A stretch of DNA of 60,106 nucleotides, counting the filler. It is 4 parts of 4 records of this genome, joined end to end, with 100 filler letters (N's around TTAATTAATTAA, not from the genome) between each part and the next. Parts side by side here need not be neighbours in the genome. Positions count along the whole stretch, not along the records: positions 32,762 to 40,635 come from SRR20825019_2304; positions 40,736 to 60,106 come from SRR20825019_2305; 2 more parts are not named here. One strand, written 5' to 3'. Each line of letters starts with the position of its first letter. The stretch's first letter is position 1. Under the pieces are notes generated by a model. It made no database searches and was not told the origin of the DNA. It saw only the letters and a list, made by a program, of their open reading frames with translations. Below, one piece after another: positions 33,674 through 44,183 of the stretch. Both the position numbers and the translations under genes were made by a program.

Positions 33674-36007
33674 TTACTCAATCATATTGAGGAGCTCCTC
33701 GGGCTCCTCCCCTTCCCGGACGACCTTCTCGGCAACGCTCCTCAGGGCCTTCCTGCATGAGATCATCGTGCCCTCCTCGACCAAGTTTGCATCGTAGGTG
33801 GTGATGATCTCGTCCTCATCGGCTACATCGAAGGCATCCCCAATCCAGAGGAATACCTGGTGGGGACGGCTGCATGCCTTCGACCCCCGAATAATAATAG
33901 CATATGCCCCGTCAGACTGGAGGTCGTCCCTGTCGATGAAATCGATAGCATCCCCGTCGAAGGGGTACTCGTAAATGGTGACGTGGTCAGTGTGGTCCTC
34001 CTCCTCACTCTCCACACCGCACACATTGGCAACCTCCTGGGCCTTGAGGGCGGCGGCAGTCGACTCAAGCTCGTCCAACTCCTTCAGGGCATCCACGCGG
34101 CGGTACTTCCTCCTCCCAGCCCCCTCCGCCACCTCCCTTCGCTGCTTGAGCATGTCGGAGTAGAGGGAGTGCACATCGTTGGACAGTAGGTTGTCAAACT
34201 GGCTATTACGGCCAATGGTGGCCTGTACCCCAAGGGCCGACCTGAACACCTCTGTGGCATTTGGATCGTTGGAAATATCACGGACGTCACCAGAGAATGC
34301 AATAGGGTTAAAGGTGACAACAGTCCCTCCTCGGTTGGTGCTCGTGGCCTGGGCAGACTGGGTAAAGAAGGCAAAGTTGCGTGCGTCGTTCAGGAACTTT
34401 GCGGCATCCTCCTTGAGGTCCGCAGAGCAGCACTGACCACCGAAGAAGCTAACGGCAAAGTTACCGTTATCCTCCTGCTGCACAACACCATAGCACGTGC
34501 GGTCATCAATTGCGACAGCGGCACCCCCCTCGGACGTAACAGGACGGAAGGTGAATGGGAGGGGGTATTGCTTGGTGAAGGGGAGGTATGCCCACACTAA
34601 GCTCTGGGGGGGAGCAGCTAGATGGCGCTCCCACCGCATCAGCTTCACCAGGAACCCAGTGTTGGGGCTCACAATATTACGTCGGGCTTTAGCGTATTGA
34701 AGGGCGTCGTCAAAGCACCTGCCATGCTTCCACATGAGGTACGAGATGACTAATGTCGCGGACCTACTCACCCCTTGATGGCAGTGAATGAACACCTTAC
34801 CGCCACTAGCCCGTACATTCTCGATGGACTGGATTACCAGGGGGAACACCGACTCGATATCCTCGTCGGGGGTGTCGCACAAGAAAAGGGGGAGGTACTC
34901 GAACTCGGACTCGTAGGGGCATCCGATGGCCACGGCGGCGGCATTCACAATTAGGGTGATGCCCTTCTCAAGCAGCTGGCGTTTATCCTCGGCGGCCTTC
35001 TCACCACCGACGTAGAGGTATGGGAGGATCTCGGAGGCAACAGGCATCAGTTGCTTGAGGCGGGACTGCCTGTCGTCGTTGTAATCCTCCACATCGTCGG
35101 CGGTCACGACGTCCACGGGGATGCTAATGGGCGAGGCCACTACGGCTGCTGGGCGTGGGTCGGTCTGGAAGCGATGGACTGCAGGAGGGGCGGTATCGTC
35201 TGCAACCATATCGCTGCGGAGCACCAGGCGTGGTAGAGTCGATCCGCCCTTGGTGGGGGACACCCTGTTGCGGTTTGGGGAGCCCGGAGATACGTATTGG
35301 TTGGAGGAGGCAGGGGTGAGCACATTGTTCATAGCCCGTAGGAAGGCGTGATCCCTGTAGAGATCCAGCACCTCCTCCTCGGGTAGATCGATATCCCCGT
35401 GGGCCGATTGGGAGATGGGGGTGGGGAGGGAGGTGGTGAGCGCATTGTAGAAGAGGGCCTCAATTAGCTCGGGACGGCCAGCAATAGCCTGCTCCAATGT
35501 GAAGGCGTTCATCACAGTCACGGCGGATACCAAGGGTGGGGCGCTGTGGCCGTTGTAGACGTATATCTTATAGGAGTGGACATAATCACCCTTGTGGGCC
35601 TTAAGGCGCCATTTTAACGCAGCAACGTCGACAGCAAACATACTAGCAGTTCCGCGGGGGGTAAACGCGTCATTGCACCGGCGTGCAAAATCGGCAGCTT
35701 CGATAGTGGGGGTGGGGTAACTCGCACCAGTCGGGGGGGCAAGGCAGGAGACAGCGGTGCGCTGAATGTGTAAGACCACCACCGAGGAGGTGTCCTTGAA
35801 GGCACCCGAGGGATTGATCCCATTACACTGCACAGCGGCACGTCCCACACCACCTCCGAGGGAAAATTCGAATCCTCGTATGTTATGTGAGATTCCATCG
35901 AACTGCTCGGTAGCAATACGCTGGGCACCAAACTGGTGTTGTTTGGAGGCCTTGATCAGCGCATCAATGGATAGCAGGGATCCGTCAGTACAGACACTAT
36001 TTCCCAT
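33674..36007 (-). CDS. Dual-specificity protein phosphatase with N-terminal acylation motif and C-terminal gelsolin-like segment
   Basis: SEILPYLYVG, D-loop LCDTPDED, catalytic HCHQGVSRSAT, SPNTGF; N-terminus MGNSVC; DDLQSDGAYAI...VFLWIG. Confidence 0.9.
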   Translation of the reverse strand: MGNSVCTDGSLLSIDALIKASKQHQFGAQRIATEQFDGISHNIRGFEFSLGGGVGRAAVQCNGINPSGAFKDTSSVVVLHIQRTAVSCLAPPTGASYPTPTIEAADFARRCNDAFTPRGTASMFAVDVAALKWRLKAHKGDYVHSYKIYVYNGHSAPPLVSAVTVMNAFTLEQAIAGRPELIEALFYNALTTSLPTPISQSAHGDIDLPEEEVLDLYRDHAFLRAMNNVLTPASSNQYVSPGSPNRNRVSPTKGGSTLPRLVLRSDMVADDTAPPAVHRFQTDPRPAAVVASPISIPVDVVTADDVEDYNDDRQSRLKQLMPVASEILPYLYVGGEKAAEDKRQLLEKGITLIVNAAAVAIGCPYESEFEYLPLFLCDTPDEDIESVFPLVIQSIENVRASGGKVFIHCHQGVSRSATLVISYLMWKHGRCFDDALQYAKARRNIVSPNTGFLVKLMRWERHLAAPPQSLVWAYLPFTKQYPLPFTFRPVTSEGGAAVAIDDRTCYGVVQQEDNGNFAVSFFGGQCCSADLKEDAAKFLNDARNFAFFTQSAQATSTNRGGTVVTFNPIAFSGDVRDISNDPNATEVFRSALGVQATIGRNSQFDNLLSNDVHSLYSDMLKQRREVAEGAGRRKYRRVDALKELDELESTAAALKAQEVANVCGVESEEEDHTDHVTIYEYPFDGDAIDFIDRDDLQSDGAYAIIIRGSKACSRPHQVFLWIGDAFDVADEDEIITTYDANLVEEGTMISCRKALRSVAEKVVREGEEPEELLNMIE

Positions 36008-36112
36008 TTCTAAATCCTATGAATGTGAAAGCAAATATTGTGTACAGCAAAACAAGCAGATCGGCACGAATGGGGTGTTAAGTTGAATAATAAAACAATT
36101 GTACAGGTGTGG

Positions 36113-38425
36113 CTACTTCTTCTTTTCCTTTTTGTCACTCTTCTCTTTCTTGTCACCCTTGTCCTTTTTGTCAGCCTTGTCGGTCTTCGCTGATTTGTCG
36201 GGCTTCTCAGCTTTGTCTGTCTTAGAAGCCTTGTCAGACTTGGCAACCTTGTCAGACTTGGCAGCCTTGTCAGTTTTCTCCTTCTTGTCACCCTTTTCCT
36301 TCTTGTCAGACTTCTCAGCTGGTTTGTCCGATTTGTCCTTCTTGTCAGACTTGGCCTTCTTGTCGGATTTGTCAGCTTTATCAGCTTTACCAGCCTTGTC
36401 GACCTTGTCGACCTTGGTGTCGGCCTTGGTGTCAGCTTTCTTGTCGGCCTTCTCGACAGTCTTGTCCTTCGTCTTGTCCTTCGCCTTGGTGTCATCCTTC
36501 TCCTTGGTTTTATCCTTCTTATCGGCCTTTGGGGATGCAACATCGGCATCATCCTTGTCCTTGTCCGACTTTACCTTCTTATCCTTCTTCTCGTCATCGG
36601 CATCAGACTTCTTGGATTTGTCCTTCTTGTCCTTTTTGTCCTTAGGGGCCGACCGCATACCCCCTTGGACGATATCCACTGGAATGCCGGAGGACAGTGG
36701 CTTAAACTTCCGCTTGGACTCGCTGGGGTATTTGATATTGAAGCGGAGGGATGGGGGGCATGCCATGTAGGACTGAGGGCGGCCAAATTGGTCTACGAGG
36801 TGCTTCTCTAGTGCAAAGACGTCGTCAAGATGCTCCTTGAGAAGAGTGTCGATAGTGTGTAGAATGGGGTGGTCGTGGCCGGGAAACTTCTCGCTTAGGT
36901 ACTCCACCATCCACATACGGGTAGGGTGGACGGCATAGGAGCCATAGGTAAGGTTGTTAAAACGGTCTACATAGGTTGGCACTCCTGTGGCCGAATCCTC
37001 ATGGCCGGAGGTTACTCCGGCGATGCGTATGACATCATCCGACGACTTACCAACCTCCCACCATGTAAGGCTGTGGAATGGGTCCCATACCATGGTCCCT
37101 GTACTCAATGGGTCGTGTAGGACGGCGGTCATATCCCTTGGGTCAGGAAGGCGGACAATAGGGGCGGTTCGCATGAAGGTGGGACTTGCCACCGAGTTGG
37201 CTTGGAAATAGAGGAACTCTTGGTACTCAGCAGGGTTGGTGGGGTTGTAGGGGGGCTCGACCATACCAGGTGACACATCCCTATCCCCCTTCTTGTCCTT
37301 CTTGTCTTTTTTATCCTTGTCCTTCTTAGAGGACACGACGGTTGGTTCGGCGGTGGACCCACCATAGCTCTCATTGGGCTTGAATGGGTTGAGCACCCCG
37401 CCCAATACCGCCATAGGGGCGTTGGGGGACGACTGGCCGGCATTGATAGAAGCAGCCCTTGCCGCAGCACGGTCCTTGGCACGCAGCTGAATCTCCTCGT
37501 CGGTTTGTTGCCACTTCAGCGTACCAAATGCTTGCTGCCATGTTGCTACCTTTGCAGCCCTTTTCTGTTCTAGCTTCTCCTCCTCGGTGTAAATCTCTAG
37601 TTGCATCAAATCGTCAGTGGCAGCGCTCATACCCTCAGAATCATCCGCCTCGGACTGTTCGGAGGGGGTATTGGGAATGGAGAGGGGTGCCTCGAGGAGG
37701 GGTACGTACTCATTGACAGAGTCCTCTGACCGATCCCTGCTTCGGGACCATCTCACATCGGCAGGCTCCACCACATCCATCTGGTCGGCCGATAGGGCAT
37801 ATGCGGAGGGAAGGGTACGGCGGGGGGTAAGGTGGGAGAAGTCGGCTCCTCCTTGGTGAAGAGAGGATAATACAGACCGCTGCAGGAATTGGGGGGATGA
37901 CATGGCCTCATATTCCGGCTCCGCTGCCTGCCCCCCATATGCGGTCTCCAGTCGATAGGATACGGGACTAGCATGAGAAGTGGCCACACTGTGCCCCCTT
38001 ACACTCCTGCCCTCATCCATATCGACAGGGTCATACACGGAACGGGACTCAAAGACACCACTGGTACCTGTGGACCCCTTGGGCTTAGGCAGGGTACGTT
38101 GAGACTCAACAAGGGGCTCGTGGATGGTCTGCTCCTTCCATCCACTCGTCGCCGAGGATTGCTCAGATCGGGCCCTAATAGCGCCCCCACTGGCCGCCCG
38201 CAGTCGGTCCAGCACTTGGGTAGGATCCACCTCGTAGTACCCCATTATATTCATTGCCCTTGCGCTGGTAGCCGAGGTACCTCTGGCACTCATCACAGAG
38301 GGGGCTAGCGATGCCACCTCATCCTCGTCGAGGTAATAGTTGCTCACCCCGCTGCGACCCGACATCTGGCTGTGACGGCGCTCGAGTGACTGGAACTCCC
38401 TCCACTGTTGACTGGACTGACTCAT
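36113..38425 (-). CDS. Hypothetical protein with long Lys/Asp-rich (xDK) repetitive tail
   Basis: 770-aa intronless ORF on the same strand as its neighbours; tail of KADK/KSDK repeats. Confidence 0.75.
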   Translation of the reverse strand: MSQSSQQWREFQSLERRHSQMSGRSGVSNYYLDEDEVASLAPSVMSARGTSATSARAMNIMGYYEVDPTQVLDRLRAASGGAIRARSEQSSATSGWKEQTIHEPLVESQRTLPKPKGSTGTSGVFESRSVYDPVDMDEGRSVRGHSVATSHASPVSYRLETAYGGQAAEPEYEAMSSPQFLQRSVLSSLHQGGADFSHLTPRRTLPSAYALSADQMDVVEPADVRWSRSRDRSEDSVNEYVPLLEAPLSIPNTPSEQSEADDSEGMSAATDDLMQLEIYTEEEKLEQKRAAKVATWQQAFGTLKWQQTDEEIQLRAKDRAAARAASINAGQSSPNAPMAVLGGVLNPFKPNESYGGSTAEPTVVSSKKDKDKKDKKDKKGDRDVSPGMVEPPYNPTNPAEYQEFLYFQANSVASPTFMRTAPIVRLPDPRDMTAVLHDPLSTGTMVWDPFHSLTWWEVGKSSDDVIRIAGVTSGHEDSATGVPTYVDRFNNLTYGSYAVHPTRMWMVEYLSEKFPGHDHPILHTIDTLLKEHLDDVFALEKHLVDQFGRPQSYMACPPSLRFNIKYPSESKRKFKPLSSGIPVDIVQGGMRSAPKDKKDKKDKSKKSDADDEKKDKKVKSDKDKDDADVASPKADKKDKTKEKDDTKAKDKTKDKTVEKADKKADTKADTKVDKVDKAGKADKADKSDKKAKSDKKDKSDKPAEKSDKKEKGDKKEKTDKAAKSDKVAKSDKASKTDKAEKPDKSAKTDKADKKDKGDKKEKSDKKEKKK
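36116..36645 (-). repeat. Coding low-complexity tandem repeats (GACAAG-based)
   Basis: Recurrent CTTGTC on the + strand, including adjacent CCTTGTCAGACTTGGC copies. Confidence 0.8.
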
Positions 38426-38528
38426 CGACCTTAGGGGGGAAATAAAACGTTAAGGTAAATTCACGGTCCAATCAATATAACACGATGACTACTAGGTAGT
38501 AAATAAATTAAACAGGTTAGTATTAGAA

Positions 38529-39710
38529 CTACTTCTTTCCTCCCTTGGCGGCGTTGAACTTGAAGAAGATGATGTCACCATCCTCGACCTCGTAGGTGCG
38601 GCCCATTTGGTGCTGCTTACCTTCGTCGCGGCACTTGGGCTCGCTCTCGAGGGCGTCGAAGTCGGCCCAGTGGATCACCTCGGCGCAGATGAAACCCTTC
38701 TCCATGTCGGTATGGATGCATCCGGCGGCCTGGGGGGCCTTGGAGTGCTTCTGGAGGGTCCAGCACTTTACCTCGTCGGCACCAGCAGTGAAGTAATGGC
38801 ACAGGTTGATGGCGTGGTATGCCTCGGTGATGATGCGGGGGACGATGGACTTGGTCTTGTTGGCGGTGCACCACTCCTCGGCCTCATCGGCACCCATGTG
38901 GAGGAAGTTGGACTCCACCTCGGCGGAGAAGGGAATCATGAGCTCTCCAGTCTGACCATCAACCCACTCCTTGATCTTGGGAAGCCACTTGTTGCGCTGG
39001 CGGAGGAAGTCGCGCTCAGACATGTTGCAAAGGAAGATAGCGGGCTTGGCGGTGAGGAGCTGCATGGTGTTGAGGAAATCGATTTCCTTGTTGCTCCACT
39101 GGCAGCAGCGGATCTGCTTTCCAGCCTCAAGGTTCTCCTTGATCTTGTACATGATCTCGAGGTCTCCGACCTTGGTCTTGTCCATACCGCGCTTGACAAC
39201 CACCTCAAGCTTGGCGACGAGGCCGTTGACGATCTGGAGATCCTTCAGGCAGAGCTCGTGGAAGATGATCTCAAGATCGCGGACGGGGTCAAGCTCGCCC
39301 TCGACGTGGGTAACGTCGGCCTCATCGAAGCAACGGACCATATGCATAATACCATCGCACTCGTTGATGTTAGAGAGGAAGGCATTTCCGAGGCCAAGGC
39401 CGTCGGAGGCACCGCGGACAAGACCGGCGATATCGCGGACGTGCAGCTGGGCGGGGACTTTGGAGACGGGGTTGTGGATGGCGCAGAGCTTCTCGAAGCG
39501 GGCATCGGGGATGTTGATGTCGGCGGTGTTGGGCTCGATGGTGCAGAAGGGGCGGTTCTCAGCGGGGACACTCTTCTTGGAGAGCACGTTGAAGAAGGTG
39601 GACTTTCCAACGTTGGGAAGTCCGACAATACCAACCTTCAGGCTGGAGCCGGGGCGGCCAAGGAGGATAGTCTTAGGGGCGACGGGTTCGGCCGACTTCT
39701 TGGGGGGCAT
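38529..39710 (-). CDS. OLA1: Obg-like ATPase 1 (YchF family), eukaryotic and trypanosomatid-like
   Basis: MPPKK N-terminus, GIVGLPNVGKST, PFCTIEPN, DIAGLVRGAS, YFTAGADEVKCW, APQAAGCIHTDMEKGFI, DGDIIFFKFN. Confidence 0.95.
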   Translation of the reverse strand: MPPKKSAEPVAPKTILLGRPGSSLKVGIVGLPNVGKSTFFNVLSKKSVPAENRPFCTIEPNTADINIPDARFEKLCAIHNPVSKVPAQLHVRDIAGLVRGASDGLGLGNAFLSNINECDGIMHMVRCFDEADVTHVEGELDPVRDLEIIFHELCLKDLQIVNGLVAKLEVVVKRGMDKTKVGDLEIMYKIKENLEAGKQIRCCQWSNKEIDFLNTMQLLTAKPAIFLCNMSERDFLRQRNKWLPKIKEWVDGQTGELMIPFSAEVESNFLHMGADEAEEWCTANKTKSIVPRIITEAYHAINLCHYFTAGADEVKCWTLQKHSKAPQAAGCIHTDMEKGFICAEVIHWADFDALESEPKCRDEGKQHQMGRTYEVEDGDIIFFKFNAAKGGKK

Positions 39711-39798
39711 AACTTAAAAACTTAAATGTAGGGGGCAAATATGAAACACAGAAACACAATCAACGAACAAGATATACGAGCATTGGAACATTAGCAAT

Positions 39799-40362
39799 CT
39801 ATAGAGTAAATGTATTCCTTGTTGGCCCTGCTCCGGACGACCCCAGCAGCTGCCCCATAGAGGAGACGTCCTCCAGCGGCCCTGTGTACTCATCTTCCTC
39901 GGAGGTACTATCGTCGTCGGAGCTATCCTCCTCCTCTGCATCGTGTCTAGGGGGGGCGTCGTCGATGGGGGCCTCACGGGCACAATGTTGGCCCGAGATT
40001 AGTGCCAGCAATACCTCTAGCTCCGCCTCACGTTCCTTGATGATAGACTTGTTTTCGACGATGGCTTCGTGAACCACTCTATCATCCTCGGACACAGAGG
40101 CCAACGGGGGAAGGTCGTACCCCACCGCGGACACACCAACATCAGAACCATAGCCCCTCTCCTTGAGGAAATTGAGCATGTAGTCGTTACTACTGGTCAG
40201 CTTTTTGGTCACCTCCCGGCACTTTCCAATCGCCTCGTGGATCCGCTGGACTGTGACCTCGGGTGTTGCCTCCCCACCCCCGGCCGCATTTAGGGACGGA
40301 GCTGTTCCCCTGCTGAAGAACACCCCAGGATAGACTTCCGACCCCCACTCAGTGGCTGACAT
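39799..40362 (-). CDS. Hypothetical protein (acidic C-terminus)
   Basis: ATG 40362 follows an AT-rich spacer and AG; coding-like composition. Confidence 0.65.
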   Translation of the reverse strand: MSATEWGSEVYPGVFFSRGTAPSLNAAGGGEATPEVTVQRIHEAIGKCREVTKKLTSSNDYMLNFLKERGYGSDVGVSAVGYDLPPLASVSEDDRVVHEAIVENKSIIKEREAELEVLLALISGQHCAREAPIDDAPPRHDAEEEDSSDDDSTSEEDEYTGPLEDVSSMGQLLGSSGAGPTRNTFTL

Positions 40363-40502
40363 ACTATGTAATGTTACGACGAACTTAAACAATTGAAATG
40401 GTAAATAAGCACATAAAACAGTCAAATGGGGTGCTACATCATTTAGGTATAAGCAATAAAGCAAAAATGCGTATAAATAATTCCTTGGCCGTATTAGTGG
40501 CA

Positions 40503-40635
40503 CTAGTGTCGACGTTTGAACGTTTCATGCCAAACTATTGGGGCTGACAGGTCACGGTTGGCTGCTGTGGGGAAGGTCATCCACCCCACAGGGTTCTGCC
40601 GCTCATGGACGTTGACAACGGTGTACTTACCGTCC
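40503..40635 (-). CDS. 3' end of an unidentified CDS (cut by contig end)
   Basis: Open frame DGKYTVVNVHERQNPVGWMTFP...FKRRH* ending where the AT-rich spacer starts. Confidence 0.5.
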
Positions 40636-40735
40636 NNNNNNNNNNNNNNNNNNNNNNNNNNNNNNNNNNNNNNNNNNNNTTAATTAATTAANNNNNNNNN
40701 NNNNNNNNNNNNNNNNNNNNNNNNNNNNNNNNNNN
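40636..40735. other. Artificial contig-joining spacer
   Basis: N44-TTAATTAATTAA-N44. Confidence 0.99.
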
Positions 40736-42452
40736 GCCGATCAGCAAGTCAGTCACCGAGCTGTGCACACATCGTCTTGACGCACCCTCTAAATAGCCAA
40801 TTTAACACAGTCAGCGCCCTTTATCCAAACATATGAAGCTGTCTTACGGAAGTCCGACCGTGCGCGTCCTAGTGATTGATCTGTTCGAACGGATGATCGC
40901 TCATGACGTCTCGGATAGGTCGCCAAATCTCATGACGGTGAATGGAAAGATGGCGCGGCTTGCAATTGACAGTAAAGGCCCGAGAGTTCACCCAAAGGAC
41001 TAGGCGCCCGGTCATTTTTGAGGCGCGAGCTCGTACGAGGAGCGGTGCTGAGTTTGTTTCGAGATACTCTATATACAGTGTACAAATGAGAGACAAAGCA
41101 CAACCCAGTGACATTTCCATAGAGCGTTTCCGGGATGCCGTCACAACAGTAGCGGCCCTGACCGCGGTAGTGTTGTTAACAGTGTCCATTATCAAACATT
41201 CCCTCATATTTGTCCCCGTTCGCATGCTCGATGACACCCTTCCCATGCATCTTTTCCTGAATCCACCCCCCCATATATATAGTGTGACGCTTGTGAAGGG
41301 ACCATGTATTCAGTCCTGGCCGGGGGGCGGCGGCGGCCCTCTAAAATAGAGTTTCTATTGCAGAGTTCATAAATGCCTATTAAAATGATCTTCTCCTTAA
41401 TTAATTGCGGGTCCGGCCGACGAAAAACGGGCCCGAAAATACTTTCACATGATGTCAGGGGTTTTTGGGAGTGATTCACCTGGGTGGGCGTCGGATATAC
41501 GATGACCTGGCGGACCGGCAACAATGCCGTGCTGTCTCCGAGCCAATCAAAATAGTCTGGCTATAATCAGCATTGCAGCTCCGCCTCCCGGTCGGGGTTC
41601 ACGGGCCAGTTGTGAATCATGCATGTTACAATCATGGTCAGCGTGTGCCCTCAGGATGATGAACAGATGTCGCGGTGGCTTGGGAGAATCCTCAGTGTCC
41701 TGAATCGCTTAGGAGTCTTGGTCGCACCCCATTCTGGGCGATGTCGACATGAAATGGAGGAACACATTGGAATCGGCCTTTGCAAGGATGTCACAGAGAC
41801 TATGCACTGATCAACGCTTAACTGGGTGAACGGGGACACCCGCGATGGTGGGCCTGACTATTGTGTGATATGCACTCTTCAATGGTGCATCGGGAAGGGG
41901 TGTGTATGTTTTCTCGGCTCTTCCACTCACCGATGGTTCCGGAGGAATAATGAACGAAAGAAAGGTGTCGGCCACCCCCTAGGAACAAAGTTTGTGGCGG
42001 ATTGGATCAAGAAAGCCTGTACATCTACCAAGTAAGTTAACACACTTTCGTCGTCGTCTTCAGTCCCTTCAACTGCAGTGGCGTGTTCGCTTAGCCACCC
42101 CGTTCGGCCACCGTTGTCTTTTCGAGTGGGCGTTTGTCTGACTGTATTCTGGTTTGGGCCTGGCGAATGTTCTCACCAGAGTTTGACTGAACGACATCAT
42201 CGCCATAATAGGAAATGAAGCCTTTTCGTAGATGGTGTTATCCAAGAGTGTAGTCCTCCCTACTGGTCCTTAGCCCATGAGAATGCATATATCATTAACA
42301 TGTACTCCCGCATTTTTCGGTCCCTTGCCGAGATTCTGAATTCAATTTATCACCTTCTCCTTCATCACATCCTTATATGTGCATTCATGCTGCCAACCAC
42401 TGCAAGTTTTACCCCCCTCTCCCCCAAACACCTATATCTTGAGACCTCTTGT

Positions 42453-43254
42453 TTACTGTTTCTTGGGTGCGGTGGCAGTGGCACAGGTTTTGGTATACAT
42501 TTTTGCAAGAGACTCGAAGCCACGAAGATCACCATACCTCAGCAAGTTACCTTTGCAGAAAATGTTCATGAGGAAATCTAGCTACAAGCAGAATGCTCTT
42601 ACCTCCATCGCAGTTGAGTGGTGAGTCTGGTTCCGGGTGTGACATCAAAGCAATAATTGCTCTACAAACCTATCATAGCGTCAGCCTAATTTCACATATT
42701 TCTGCAGCAACTTACTGACTGCAATGTCCATGCTGGACTCCATGCAGTCTTGAGGATGTCAAGGCAAATTTCTCCAGTCTGAAGAAGCCTAGTCAGACCC
42801 ACCCACTCTTACATACTTTGTAACGAACCTTAAAGTGAATATTTGGATGGAAAATCTTTGTAATGTAACGAATATTGGGTGGCTGAAGAGGGTATCCCCG
42901 CGGAACCTTCACTTCCAACTCAAACGTTCCGCCTTCAAACGGTGTACCGGGAGGGCCTGTGTATGATTTTCCATCAGAAAGGTTCTCGAATAGAACTATT
43001 GTGGGGCGATGAAGTTTTACCTTTCAAATATGCAGACCACTGAAATATGTTTTCTTCATTTGGAAGCAAGACGATATCTTGTTCACCACTGCCGCCAGCC
43101 TATCAACACATTAAAAAGAGTCGATGTACAACTTGGAATAAACAGTTGCTACCTTCCTAGCCTCCCGCTCTATTTCTTGCCACTCCTTTGCAAGTCGTGA
43201 TGCCTGCAAACCAAGTTTAGAATAGATAAAGTGATGACCAAGAATGCCCACCAT
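42453..43254 (-). CDS. PEX4: Ubiquitin-conjugating enzyme E2, peroxin-4-like (7 exons)
   Basis: Spliced product MASRLAKEW...GPPGTPFEGG...YPLQPP...KIFHPNIHFKTGEICLDILKTAWSPAWTLQSVCRAIIALMSHPEPDSPLNCDGGNLLRYGD; introns 43204-43251, 43100-43152, 42957-43020, 42779-42828, 42670-42715, 42551-42602. Confidence 0.92.
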
Positions 43255-44183
43255 CTCTGAATATTTCGCACCAAGCCCACCGTGATATTCCACCTTCCTA
43301 TTTGTATGAGGTTGTAGACTTGTCCTTATAACTTTCGGTGTTGCCTTCAACTCTTGTGGTACCATGCCATTTGTGGGTTTGAGATTGGAAGCCGGCCGAG
43401 GGTTTAGAAGCCTGCTGATCTAGCCGCGGCCCCAGAAGCCCGGGCAGCTGCCCCCTCAGTGGCCCCGAATCCCCTGCCCACTGCGGCCCGGCGCGCCCCC
43501 CCGCGCGCGGCGCGCTCACAGGGCGGGTTCTGAGAGACGGTTCACTCCCGGCCCCCATCCCCCCGCCCGCCCCGAGGACTCCGGCGCCAGTGCTCCTCGC
43601 TGATCAGCTTAGGGGAACTGATGATGAGAGAGTCGGGCGTTTGGGCGAGGCGCATCGGACCGCATCCATAATTATAATGATAGTGGGATTTGTCGAGTCC
43701 GATTGTGATCAGACAAACCACAATTTATTGTTGTAATTCACAGAGACGTTATGTTGTGATGCACGCTGGGAGGTGTTCCGGAGTCAGCGGATCCCCTCCT
43801 GGCCGCGCGCGACCGGCCGGCCCCGACGGGACCTATCTCCCCCGGGGCGCCCGGCGCCGGGGTGCGCGCGCAGTGAGTGCCGTGATGAGCGGTCTGGCGT
43901 CGTCGCGTACCGTGATTGACTGAGGTAGTCCGGGCCACTGTGATGCCCGGCCATCCCGTTCGTGCCCCGTCTCGTTGACGCGGCACCATCATCATGGCCG
44001 TGTTCAGGCAGTGGGGGCGCGCTCCCAGCACGGTGGTCTTGCCCTACCCGAGCGGGTCTGAGTTCCGTTTGATTGACTGCCGGACATGACCAATCAATCC
44101 ACTCTCGCTATATTAAACTCAGCCATATCAACTACGTAAGTATACTGTCCGCTGCGATACCATCGCACTGGTAACAGTTCATT

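Noticed and set aside
36099-39725. Plus-strand ORFs 36099-36770, 38607-39725 and 38971-39717
   Set aside because: Antisense shadows of the xDK repeat and codon-biased OLA1
43600-43720. Possible C/D snoRNA (TGATGA)
   Set aside because: No properly placed CTGA D box with a terminal stem
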